Below are positions 12,020 through 22,754 of a stretch of DNA of 64,000 nucleotides, piece by piece (the stretch's first letter is position 1; each line of letters starts with the position of its first letter). Location of the stretch: the NCBI RefSeq assembly GCF_031769215.1, contig NW_026782932.1, forward strand, positions 62,001 to 126,000, read 5' to 3'. Origin of the DNA: Ylistrum balloti (taxonomy: Eukaryota). A model generated the notes under the pieces. It made no database searches, was not told the origin of the DNA, and worked only from the letters and a program-made list of their open reading frames with translations. Made by a program: the position numbers and the translations under genes.

Positions 12020-12688
12020 ATGGATGCCGATGAGATGCAGGGCTGGCTAAACTGTTGGGAGAAGGACACAGCACCTTGGCACATTCATCATGTACACGAA
12101 GCTATAGAGAAGTATCATGAAATATTGGCAGCGTCACCAACAGCCAAGAACAAAATCTTCATACCTCTGTGTGGGAAGACTGTGGATATCAAATACCTGG
12201 CAGACCGCGGGAACGAGGTTGTGGGACTGGAAGCTTCCGAAATAGCAGTGAGAGATTTCTTTACAGAACAAAATATCGAATACACCTCGGAGGACGTCCC
12301 TGCCGTGAAAGGAAAATTATACCGGTCAAGTGACAAAATGATCAAGATATACTGCTGTGACCTGTTTTTATTTTCTGCTGAAGTAGAATCTGGATTTAGT
12401 GGTATCTGGGATCGAGGCTCTCTGATTGCTATGTCACAAGCAGACCAGAAAAGATACATTGGCCTTATAAAGACACTAACATATCCAGGAATTGGTTACT
12501 TGCTTGAAATGCCTGATCGTGATCCGAACATTGGTCCTCCATTTTCTGTTCCACTTGATGTTCTCGAGACAGGATTCGGACCAGGTTGCAGAGTTGTTCA
12601 ATTGTCAGAAGTGGTAAAAAATCCACCGGAGTTTCTCTCCATGCCTGGCGTGAAAGGAAACCACGTCTATCGTATTTCCTTTCAATAA
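12020..12688 (+). CDS. TPMT: TPMT-like methyltransferase, copy 3 (222 aa)
   Basis: Intact ORF with TPMT motifs; WDRGSLIAM; acceptor-like ttttcttaag ends at 11990. Confidence 0.92.
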   Translation: MDADEMQGWLNCWEKDTAPWHIHHVHEAIEKYHEILAASPTAKNKIFIPLCGKTVDIKYLADRGNEVVGLEASEIAVRDFFTEQNIEYTSEDVPAVKGKLYRSSDKMIKIYCCDLFLFSAEVESGFSGIWDRGSLIAMSQADQKRYIGLIKTLTYPGIGYLLEMPDRDPNIGPPFSVPLDVLETGFGPGCRVVQLSEVVKNPPEFLSMPGVKGNHVYRISFQ

Positions 12689-13562
12689 GACTATTAAATA
12701 CATGGCAGGCTGTCCTATGTACTATTGATTAATACATCAATGTCTATTACCATTGTATATACATAACTTTTTATATATTCTATTCATTAATACAGTAGTT
12801 ATACATAAGACATTATATACAATTAGAAAATTGGAAAAACACCAGATATCGACGTTATTTAACTAGCTTAAGCCGAAATACATCAATACGTAATATATAA
12901 CAGCACAATTAAATGCACCTCCTCTGTCTAATTCACAACGTTGCCTTGTGTAAGTTTGCATCTTTCAATTGTAACTCTTTTGCGCAAAATAAAGGAAAGA
13001 TTTTGAGGTAAACTAATCAAAAAGTGTTTTTATCAGTTGCTATTCAATACTCCAACCACTAACTTAGGTTTAATTACCTCGGTTCCATCATTAAAAAGTC
13101 CACGTTTAGGTGATCCAGGTCTCAACGTGTGGATACATTTCACACAAGAAAGGCTCATGACTACTTATTTGATTTTTTTTCAGTCAAAAATATGTCCATA
13201 ACCAATAACAAAGGCCTTACACCAAACCAAAGACAGTCGACGTTGACATTTAGTGTTTGTTTTTCAGTTGTTTTCGTCAAAAAGATAATTAAGTATGTGT
13301 ACTAGACTTCCTTACCAGAGGTAATCAAATCGTAACCGTACGGCAAGCACATTCAGACACTTCAGGCCTGTCGTGACAAATCCTATTGGCGCAGAGGATT
13401 GGACCAGTAGTAGAAGATATCTACATTTTGGATTTTACGAATAAAAACCTACCAAAATGTCTTGATGCTTGTAACTTAAAGCAACTAATCTTATATGCAT
13501 ACTTTAAACAAATCTACTTTTTATCGTGTCTATTTATTTCCATTAGGTGTCGGTGGCGGACG

Positions 13563-14231
13563 ATGTCGTCTGATCAGATCCAAGGATGGCTTAATAACTG
13601 GGAAAGTGACTGTACACCATGGCACATGACAGACGTACACGAAGGTTTGGCTAGGTACTATCAAATGTTGGTAAACAAGACTTCTGTCCATAATAAAATA
13701 TTCATTCCTCTATGTGGAAAGTCTGTGGATATTAAATGGCTTGCCGATCGCGGGAACGAAGTGGTAGGAGTAGAAGCTTCTGAAACAGGTTTGATGGAAT
13801 TCTTTGTCGAGCAAAACGTAAAGTATTCTGTGGAAAGCGCTCCTTCTGTTGATGGAAAGCTTTTTCGGTCCCACGACAATAAAATTCGACTTTACTGCTG
13901 TGATATTTTTCATTTCACTAGCGATGTAGAATCCGGTTTCAGCGGGGTGTGGGATCGAGGTTCAATAGAGGCTCTTGAGCCCGAGGACAGGAAAAAATAC
14001 ATAGATCTGATGAAAACTCTAATTGGCCCGGAGACAGGCTATTTAACAGAGATCGTTGAACGTGATCTTGGCAAAGGACCGCCGTTTTGTATTACAGTAG
14101 ATGAACTCCGAGCAGGATTTGGCCCAGGATGTGAGGTCAAGAAATTGATGACCACTACAAAACTGCCTCCATACGCCTTTCATGTTCCTGACTTAATTGG
14201 TTTTAATGTTTTTTCTATTTCGTATCGCTGA
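13563..14231 (+). CDS. TPMT: TPMT-like methyltransferase, copy 4 (222 aa, most divergent)
   Basis: IFIPLCGKSVDIKWLADRG, VVGVEASE, LYCCDIF, WDRGSIEAL and GPPFCI. ATG at 13563 follows acceptor ttccattag. Confidence 0.92.
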   Translation: MSSDQIQGWLNNWESDCTPWHMTDVHEGLARYYQMLVNKTSVHNKIFIPLCGKSVDIKWLADRGNEVVGVEASETGLMEFFVEQNVKYSVESAPSVDGKLFRSHDNKIRLYCCDIFHFTSDVESGFSGVWDRGSIEALEPEDRKKYIDLMKTLIGPETGYLTEIVERDLGKGPPFCITVDELRAGFGPGCEVKKLMTTTKLPPYAFHVPDLIGFNVFSISYR

Positions 14232-14689
14232 ACTGGCTATATTTTATATAGATCTAAATGTGACGATATTGGTCTGCAAAGCATTGCTGACTTAAACCAT
14301 ATTGTAGCACTTCACATAAAACTAACGATATACTAAACATGTATGCAAATGCTGAACATAAAGCAATTACAATGCAACCAACATATATGTAGCATATTTT
14401 GTTATTTATATACACAAAAACATAATACACCCTGAAAACTACACGAAAATACCGAAATGTTAACAAAATATTTACTCAAACTCAAGATGGATGAAACGAG
14501 GGCAGAAATGTGAACAAAAGAAATTTTAACGAGGAGTTCCTGGAAAACGGTTTGTGGAGAGTAAACCATTCGAAATGATAAACGCCTACTGTTTTATCTT
14601 CAACAACTTTCATGTAAACTTTCGTCAGTCCAAGTAAGCTACATCACGTTTCAAAAGAGAATCAGGTATACAACGAAACCAGTAGGTAT

Positions 14690-14990
14690 TCTATTGAACA
14701 TCAGATATGTTCAACTTCATATCACAAACCGACATAAAATATGTCCTCATAGTCTTCATCAATCTCTCTCGAAACTATGTGTTTTGGATGTTGCTGTCAG
14801 CTGTCGGCGTTTCTCTGAATTTATCACTGACAAATAAACAGCGGTTGGAAAAGTGGTGAAGACATAGTCAACTGGACAATTATCCTTGTTGCTTGTATTT
14901 AAGGTAAAAATCCAGGTAAACGCAGTTGATGTAGAAGAGACTGCTGTGTCCTTGATATCCAGTTCTGGAGAGTTTATCTGATGGATATGG
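14690..14990 (-). mobile_element. Second decayed Penelope-like RT remnant
   Basis: Minus-strand fragments PELDIKDTAVSSTS, YLDFYLK and KRRQLT match the recalled PLE RT consensus P-ELEIKDTT-S--SASYLDL ... RQLT-KL, with frameshifts and stops. Confidence 0.6.
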
Positions 14991-15254
14991 TGGGTTAATG
15001 AATCACATGGATTAATGGATTAATTATACAGTTACATCATTGAAGACGTACATGTAAATTAGATTTATGTGACGTACATACAAAATTCTTAAATATAAAT
15101 AAGAATAAATAAAAATAAGAACAATAAAAAGATTTCGAAATACTGAATGAAATCATTCTGTCATGGACAAATTCTTCGATAAATTCAGACTCGTATGAAA
15201 ATATAAAACAACACAGCCAAGAAACTGACACGGTTTGTTCCCATGTATGTAAAT

Positions 15255-16445
15255 ATTAATATATACTGGCAAGCTTTGTTCTTGTATGTGTAAAGTTAAT
15301 ATACTGACAAGCTTTGTTCTTGTAGGTGTAAAGTTAATATACTAGCAAGGTTTGTTCTTGTAGGTGTAAAGTTAATATACTAGCAAGGTTTGTTTTTGTA
15401 GGTGTAAAGTTGATATACTAGCAAGGTTTGTTTTTGTGGGTGTAAAGTTAATATACTGGCAAGCTTTGTTCTTGTGGGTGTAAAGTTAATATACTTGCAA
15501 GATTTGTTCTTGTGGGTGTAAAGTTAATATACTGGCAAGCTTTGTTATTGTGGATGTAAAGTTAATATACTGGCAAGCTTTGTTCTTGTGGGTGTAAAGT
15601 TAATATACCGGCAAGCTTTGTTCTTGTAGGTGTAAAGTTAATATACTATCATGGTTTGTTCTTGTAGGTGTAAAGTTAATATACTAGCAAGTTTTGTTTT
15701 TGTAGGTGCAAAGTTAATATACTAGCAAGGTTTGTTTTTGTGGGTGTAAAGTTAATATATACTGGCAAGCTTTGTTCTTGTATGTGTAAAGTTAATATAC
15801 TTGCAAGCTTTGTTCTTGTGGGTGTAAAGTTAATATACTGGCAAGCTTTGTTATTGTGGATGTAAAGTTAATATACTGGCAAGCTTTGTTCTTGTGGGTG
15901 TAAAGTTAATATACTTGCAAGCTTTGTTCTTGTGGGTGTAAAGTTGATATATACTGGCAAGCTTTGTTCTTGTGGGTGTAAAGTTAATATACTGGCAAGC
16001 TTTGTTCTTGTAGGTGTAAAGTTAATATACTAGCAAGGTTTGTTCTTGTAGGTGTAAAGTTAATATACTAGCAAGGTTTGTTCTTGTAGGTGTAAAGTTA
16101 ATATACTAGCAAGGTTTGTTTTTGTAGGTGTAAAGTTGATATACTAGCAAGGTTTGTTTTTGTGGGTGTAAAGTTAATATACTGGCAAGCTTTGTTCTTG
16201 TGGGTGTAAAGTTAATATACTTGCAAGATTTGTTCTTGTGGGTGTAAAGTTAATATACTGGCAAGCTTTGTTCTTGTGGGTGTAAAGTTAATATACTTGC
16301 AAGCTTTGTTCTTGTGGGTGTAAAGTTGATATATACTGGCAAGCTTTGTTCTTGTGGGTGTAAAGTTAATATACTGGCAAGCTTTGTTCTTGTGGGTGTA
16401 AAGTTAAGAGACTGGCACGGTTTGTTCCTACGGGTGTAAAATCCA
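15255..16445. repeat. 38-bp minisatellite, ~31 copies
   Basis: Unit gtaaagttaatatactggcaagctttgttcttgtgggt; period 38 (e.g. 15961 and 15999). Confidence 0.96.
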
Positions 16446-17209
16446 AGAGACCGGCACGGTATGGTCCCCACGGGTGTAAATATCGACAGTCTGTCTGAAG
16501 CTCTTACCACCAAACTCTACGAAGACTTCTTTTACTGCTGTATCACAAAAAGATTTTTACTCCTATGTAATGAAGGAAAATGCAATCACCAAGACACCTG
16601 GTTCTATCACAATAAGATTTTGCGAGAGAGTCACAACGCCATCAGTAATCATTAACTTCCATATCAGAAAGCAAGGAAACATTCCAAAGACACAAGAAAA
16701 TACATGATGGGTTCAGGATCGCAAAAAGGAAATTTTGATTTTTTGATTGATACCATTTAAAGCACATATAGACAGCGTGATTGAGCAGCAGTAACAGAGC
16801 GGTGAAGATTTTTGTTCTGTTTTTAGTTTTGCTTTTCTGTTTTTGTTTTGTAATGAGGTTTAACGTACTTCCCAGAGCTATGTAAACCACAGAAAAAAAA
16901 ATTCAGAGAGAAAAAAGACAAATGTGTATATCATTAATCACTAATATGGACAAATCTTTTGACACACATGTCTGCAGACGTTTTCAATACTCATATATTC
17001 TTATATTCAATACATATGTTCGTAAAGGCATATATCAAAAGACTCAGTGGAAATACTCCAAAGTTACAAGTAAATGGATGTTCAACGATAGATAAAAACA
17101 ATCAGATGTTGTCTATAAAGGTGGAATTAAGAAATGTATCATGTTTTTATCTGATAATGTAAATTACCAGGGTTACACGTTGTTGAAGTTATGATTTTGA
17201 AATATCAAA

Positions 17210-18262
17210 CCTTTCTTTATCCTCGCTCATTATCCTCGCTCTTCATACTCACTCTTTATCCTCGCTCTTTATCCTCGCTCTTTATATTCACTCTTTATCC
17301 ACACTCCTTATACTCACTCCTTATACTCACTCTTTATCCACACTCTTCATACTCACTCTTTATCCTCGCTCATTATCCTCGCTCTTCATACTCACTCTTT
17401 ATCCTCGCTCTTTATACTCACTCTTTATCCACACTCTTTACACTCGCAATTTATACCCACTCTTTATACTCGCTCTTTATACTCACTCTTTATACACACT
17501 CTTTATACTCACTCTTTTTACCCACTCTTTATACTCACTCTTTTTACCCACTCTTTATACTCACTCTTTTTACTCACTCCTTTGACTCGCTCTTTATACT
17601 CGCTCTTCATACTCACTCTTTTTACCCACTCTTTATACTCACTCTTTTTACTCACTCCTTTGACTCGCTCTTTATACTCGCTCTTCATACTCACTCTTTA
17701 TCCTCGCTCTTTATATTCACTCTTTATCCACACTCTTTATACTCACTCTTTTTACCCACTCTTTATACTCACTCTTTTTACTCACTCCTTTGACTCGCTC
17801 TTTATACTCACTGTTTTTACTCACTCTTTATACTCACTCCTTTTACTCGCTCTTTATACTCACTCTTTTTACTCACTCTTTATACTCGCTCGTTATACTC
17901 ACTCTTTATATACAATATTTATCCACACTCTTTATACTCACTCTTTTTACTCACTCCTTTTACTCGCTCTTTATACTCGCTCTTTATACTCACTGTTTAT
18001 ACTCACTCTTTATACTCACTCATTTTACTCGCTCTTTATCCACGCTCTTTATACTCACTCTTTTTACTCACTCTTTGTACTCACTCCTTTTACTCGCTCT
18101 TTATACTCGCTCTTTATACTCACTCCTTTACTCGCTCTTTATACTCACTCTTTATCCACGCTCTTTATACTCGCTCTTCATACTCACTCTTTATCCACGC
18201 TCTTTATACTCTCTCTTTATACTCACTCTTTATACTCGCTCTTTATACTCATTCCACGCTCA
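17210..18262. repeat. Degenerate ~13-bp pyrimidine-rich tandem repeat
   Basis: Variants of cactctttatact and cgctctttatact. The overlapping L/Y/S/T/H-rich ORFs are artefacts. Confidence 0.93.
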
Positions 18263-19875
18263 TTCCACGTATGAAATGAAATGGAAATTACACAATATAC
18301 ATAAGTAAGGAACTGAATCTTGCATCTATTGTCGATATCTCATTTTTGGCAATATGTAAATAAGTCTGCAAATCCTCGAATGTGAATAAGGTGTCTTTAA
18401 TTCTTATGGATCTTGGTACCACGATATTAGATATATGTAGTAATACATACACAGTCACTTGTTCGCCACCAAAACAAAATTCTAATTTTGAATCGTCCTG
18501 GAATATATTTATACATTGTGTTCCTAGGTCCATCAACTAACAGATGATGATGATTAGTTTCGTTTGCCTCAGGACAGGAACAAGGTGGAATTGCTGATAG
18601 TTTATTTAAAGCAAAAGACGTATGTTAGTGAACTACGTTTCATTCTGAGCCTGACATGATATACAAAATGTATTTGAATTATCTTATTACCACTGATTCT
18701 TTTTGTAGTAAGTTCCTGTTCAGATTTAACTTTTTTGCTAACGGATTCATCACTTCCTATTGAGGCAGGAGCGGCTATGAAACTTTTCGATAAAAGTTTG
18801 CTCTACAGTTTGGTCTAAAACTATTTGGTTTCTAGTGTTATAGTGATGGATCCGAATATCGTTCTGGGAGAATGGAACTTAGATACAGCAGGGTAATGTT
18901 ATTCATGGTGGTCTGTTTTGTAAATTATATTATTTTTTGACGGTCTTCCTTCAAGAAAGCGTTTACCGTCCTGTTTCGTATGATGTCGTATACACATGGA
19001 GAGTGTAACATTCCAGTTATTTTGTCCAAAGCCGGACACGAGACCGAATTACTTCCTTCCTTTCTTCTTTCTTTCATTCTTTCAATGGTGGGAACGTACA
19101 TGATAAGTGGGGGAAAGTTTACCAACATCAAACTTTTGGAAAAATATATGTTAAGATTTCTGGCATATCAAGAAAATAAGAAAAATCACGTTTTAACCTT
19201 CTTTGAAATGCGATATGTACATCTTGTGTCGTAATCAATATGGAAAATCAACAGTGCTATAAGTACAACTAAAACAACATACACATTTACCAATCTTTTC
19301 AACTGTAGTTTTGCATTGAAAAATATCGGACTATCAATATCGCTTTTAAACACCTGACTTGGCGATAATGGCTTTTGTTGTCTTTTTAAATATACTGAGA
19401 AAATGTCATTAATTATAGTAACAATCAGTGCGTATAGCTGACATGTACATAACTATCAGATTGAAGGAAATATATACCCTTACTTTCATAGTTCAAGCAT
19501 AAGTATGTGCCTGACACACAAATAATGTTTGGGTTTATCATTATTTAATTTTTTTTATTTTGTTCCATTTAATACATTAATCAAGCAGCTATTTCATTGA
19601 CTTGATCTAGCTATAACAGTTCTTGGCATACTGCCAGCAAGAAGTAGAGGTGGACGTCTGCCGTTATATTTTGATACGAGTTGTTTCCCTTTGATCATTA
19701 TGAACTAAGCAATTTTACCTTAGCCGGTCATTTTTTTCATTTTACCTATTCTTGCAGTGAAATATAAATCTTATGATAGCTAGTAAATCAAAGTTGATAG
19801 GTTATGTCTATCAATGTTGAAAAATCCTCGCTTCAAGCCATATTTTACTGTTTTCTTTCAATGTTCTCTTACTTG

Positions 19876-19927
19876 TACGCATGCGCACTGAAAGAAGGTA
19901 ATGGAGAGGCCATGAAAATGGCGGAGC
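19876..19927 (+). promoter_or_regulatory. PWWP2 proximal promoter and start context
   Basis: NRF1-like CGCATGCGCA near 19878, and AAAATGGCGG (YY1-like, strong Kozak) at the start codon. Confidence 0.45.
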
Positions 19928-20066
19928 AAAAAAGACGAAACGGCCTACTTTCTAAGGGCATGAAATTGCCTGTAACGATAGAGGAAGCTCTAAATGATGT
20001 GCTCGTCGTATCCCTAGAAACCGGAAGCAAAGTTTTCCGTGGCATTTTGTTAGATATGAAGAAGAG
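19918..20066 (+). CDS. PWWP2: PWWP2 coding exon 1 (MAEQKRR...GILLDMKKR); an alternative ATG lies at 19912
   Basis: LPVTIEEALNDVLVVSLETGSKVFRGILLD resembles the vertebrate PWWP2 N-terminal motif (LPVRVEQ...LVV...SF.GILLD). The phase-2 donor AG|GTAACG fits exon 2. Confidence 0.85.
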
Positions 20067-22754
20067 GTAACGGAATATTCCTTCGAAAATACAACCCAAT
20101 TTCTGTTTTTTTCTTGCATTTACATCTGTCATTCATCACGATTTTCCCATGCCAATTATTCGTTTGACGTGTTAAGCACTTTTCAGTAAAGAGGTTTGTT
20201 GGTATATGTGTATGTGTAGCTAATGCCATATGTATTTGACATGACTATTGGTGCATATTTTAAAAATACATTATTTGTAATCCACACCCCCCCTTCCCCT
20301 GATAAATATTAGGCCTATATTCTGCATCAAGTCCTGGATGCACGATGTGTAGCAAAATAAATGCTCATTTCTATTCTTAAACCTCACGTAAAGCAATATG
20401 ATGTAAATGAGGCGAGATGTAAGTTCATTCTGCCAATGACACGTAATGCAACATTTGTTTTATTAAAAAAAAACTTTCATTCATTGAAAGTGAAAACTGG
20501 TCACGAGACCTTCCCAGATGATGACGATCTGTATTTCGTTCTATAACCACCACTCCCACTTGCACCTAATTTTGAAATTACAGTAACCAGATACAACTCT
20601 TTGTATAGCATCTTGCTTGGTAAGAGAACATGGCCGTGAAAAAATATGTTGCATTTGATGGAACTACAGATGTCTGTGAAACTTATCTTGCACATCAGAA
20701 AAGTCTCATTAATAATCTTAAAACCTTTTCTGATTATGCGAAAGATATGTAAGAGAAGAAAACATTGGTCACTCCCATGATAGAAATACTAAGTAGCATC
20801 TGAGACATGATGTGATAGTCTAGTTATGTCAAGATCTCTTGATGGATTCCTTTTATTAATCAATAAGCAGATATACATTGGAAAAAGACGTTTATCTCAG
20901 AAGTGTCACAGGCACATTGCATATAAATAAAGGTGCCATCAAATAGGGCTTTTCTCGTCCACTGAAAGGCAGAAAGGCCGTAAAAGTGGATGTTAAACCT
21001 GTTAAATAAAAAAATAAATATGGACAATGGAACTGATGATTAAATGCCATGGCATTGCTTTGGGACACTGGAGGATATCAGCTTTCCTAGTAGGAGAGTA
21101 TAACATGATAAAATAATAGCTGTTTGATGTTTGAGAAAATCTCCATTTACATCATTGGATAGCACAATGTAGTATTTTTATAGCAAAGCTTCCTGATTTT
21201 ATGCTTATAGTGGATGCTTCCTATGTTGCAATCAATATTGGTATTACGGTGAATAAGCTGGATGCCGCTTAATATTGTAAAAACACTCCAAAATGGGTTT
21301 ATTTCTGCACTTAAATTATAGATAATATAAAGGACTTTGGTATTTTCTGTTATGGCAAGCTTTTACCTTGTAGATTTATTTATGATTGAGCAATTGTTAA
21401 TTATCTCCTCCCTGTGGTTTGAAGCTGGTTGTATTCAAACTGATAACAGCCAAATATAAAGAAGCAATAGAATGAGTGTTGAGATATTGTATTTTATAAC
21501 AACCAGAGAACTACCCAAACCTGAGACACTTCACTGAACTTTGATATATATACCGAACTGAGAAAACACGTCAAATAATAGTAGTTATAATAAACCTGTT
21601 CTATATTCTGAATAAGATACTGCCATTCAGTGTGACATTAAGTTTGCATTGACCAGAATGAGATCTATGCAAGATTTTCCCAACTGGTCTAGTCTAAATA
21701 TCATGAGATACTGTAATGTACACTGTAAACTATATTTTTCACAATAAATATACAGTGGACTTTACATATATGAAAGCTCTGTTGACATTTGGGCACTTCT
21801 AGTTCAAATGTAGGAATAATAATTTTATCACTGATTCTTATGGTTCATCTAATACATAATTGTCCAGGCATACTATTACTTTTGAACAGTGTGAGATATC
21901 TTGATGAAACTTAAAACATAACTTTTATGGCTGCATCACACACACGTGCCAAAAATAGGTCAACGTGACCTTTACAGTACCTCAAGATTAAAGGTCAAAT
22001 ATGTGCAAAATTCCCAGGACATAAAGAATGAGTAATAACTTTTGAGTTGTCAAGGAAAGTTTGATGAAATTTAAGAAAAATAACTAAATCATCCACAGGT
22101 GGCTACAGTGCACTGAAATTAGGTTACTTTCACATTCACCTTCAGGTCAAAGGACAAATAAGTGCAACTTTTTAGGATCCACTTTTTGAAATAAAATTGT
22201 ATCTTGATGACAACTGAAATGTTTACATCTCGCACAGGTGATGAGAAGTGCATTAAAGTAAGATCTCTGACTGTGACATCTGTCTTAACATCAAAGTTAA
22301 ATTGAATGGAAATTTAGTATATATCTTGGCAATAATGTAATGATTTCTCATTATGATATAATGAATCAAAGACGATTTGAAGTTCAATGTGAAGTCACAT
22401 TGTATAAGTGGAGATCAGTGATATGTTTTAAATAACAAAGTCTGTTTATCTTTTTACTGGTATATCTTATTCATATTTTTTTTATTTATCTCACTTCTTT
22501 TTCCATTTTTGTAAATGAATAGGAAAGAGGTTCTTTGCAAAAGGGACGCATACATTTAGGCGGCAGAAACACTTTTCAAGTTTTATTTTAGTCTTGCAAG
22601 TCATTTATTTCCAAGAATATGATACTGTTCATTGTAGATGTATCAATTTTTTGAAAAAGCCTACCACAAAAAAAGAGTGATGTCAAAGAAAAATTATGAT
22701 TTGGTCAATTTAAGTAAATAACCTCATTATTTTATTTTGCTTATTGTCTTTTAG

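Noticed and set aside
2223-14231. Bacterial origin or contamination for the intronless TPMT genes
   Set aside because: The sequences resemble animal TPMT (LYCCxIF, WDRG, GPPF spacing), have upstream splice acceptors, lack Shine-Dalgarno or operon spacing, and are embedded among host repeats. Only a phylogeny could exclude ancient transfer.
17191-18308. Overlapping 170-230 aa L/Y/S/T/H-rich ORFs
   Set aside because: Artefacts of the 13-bp low-complexity repeat.
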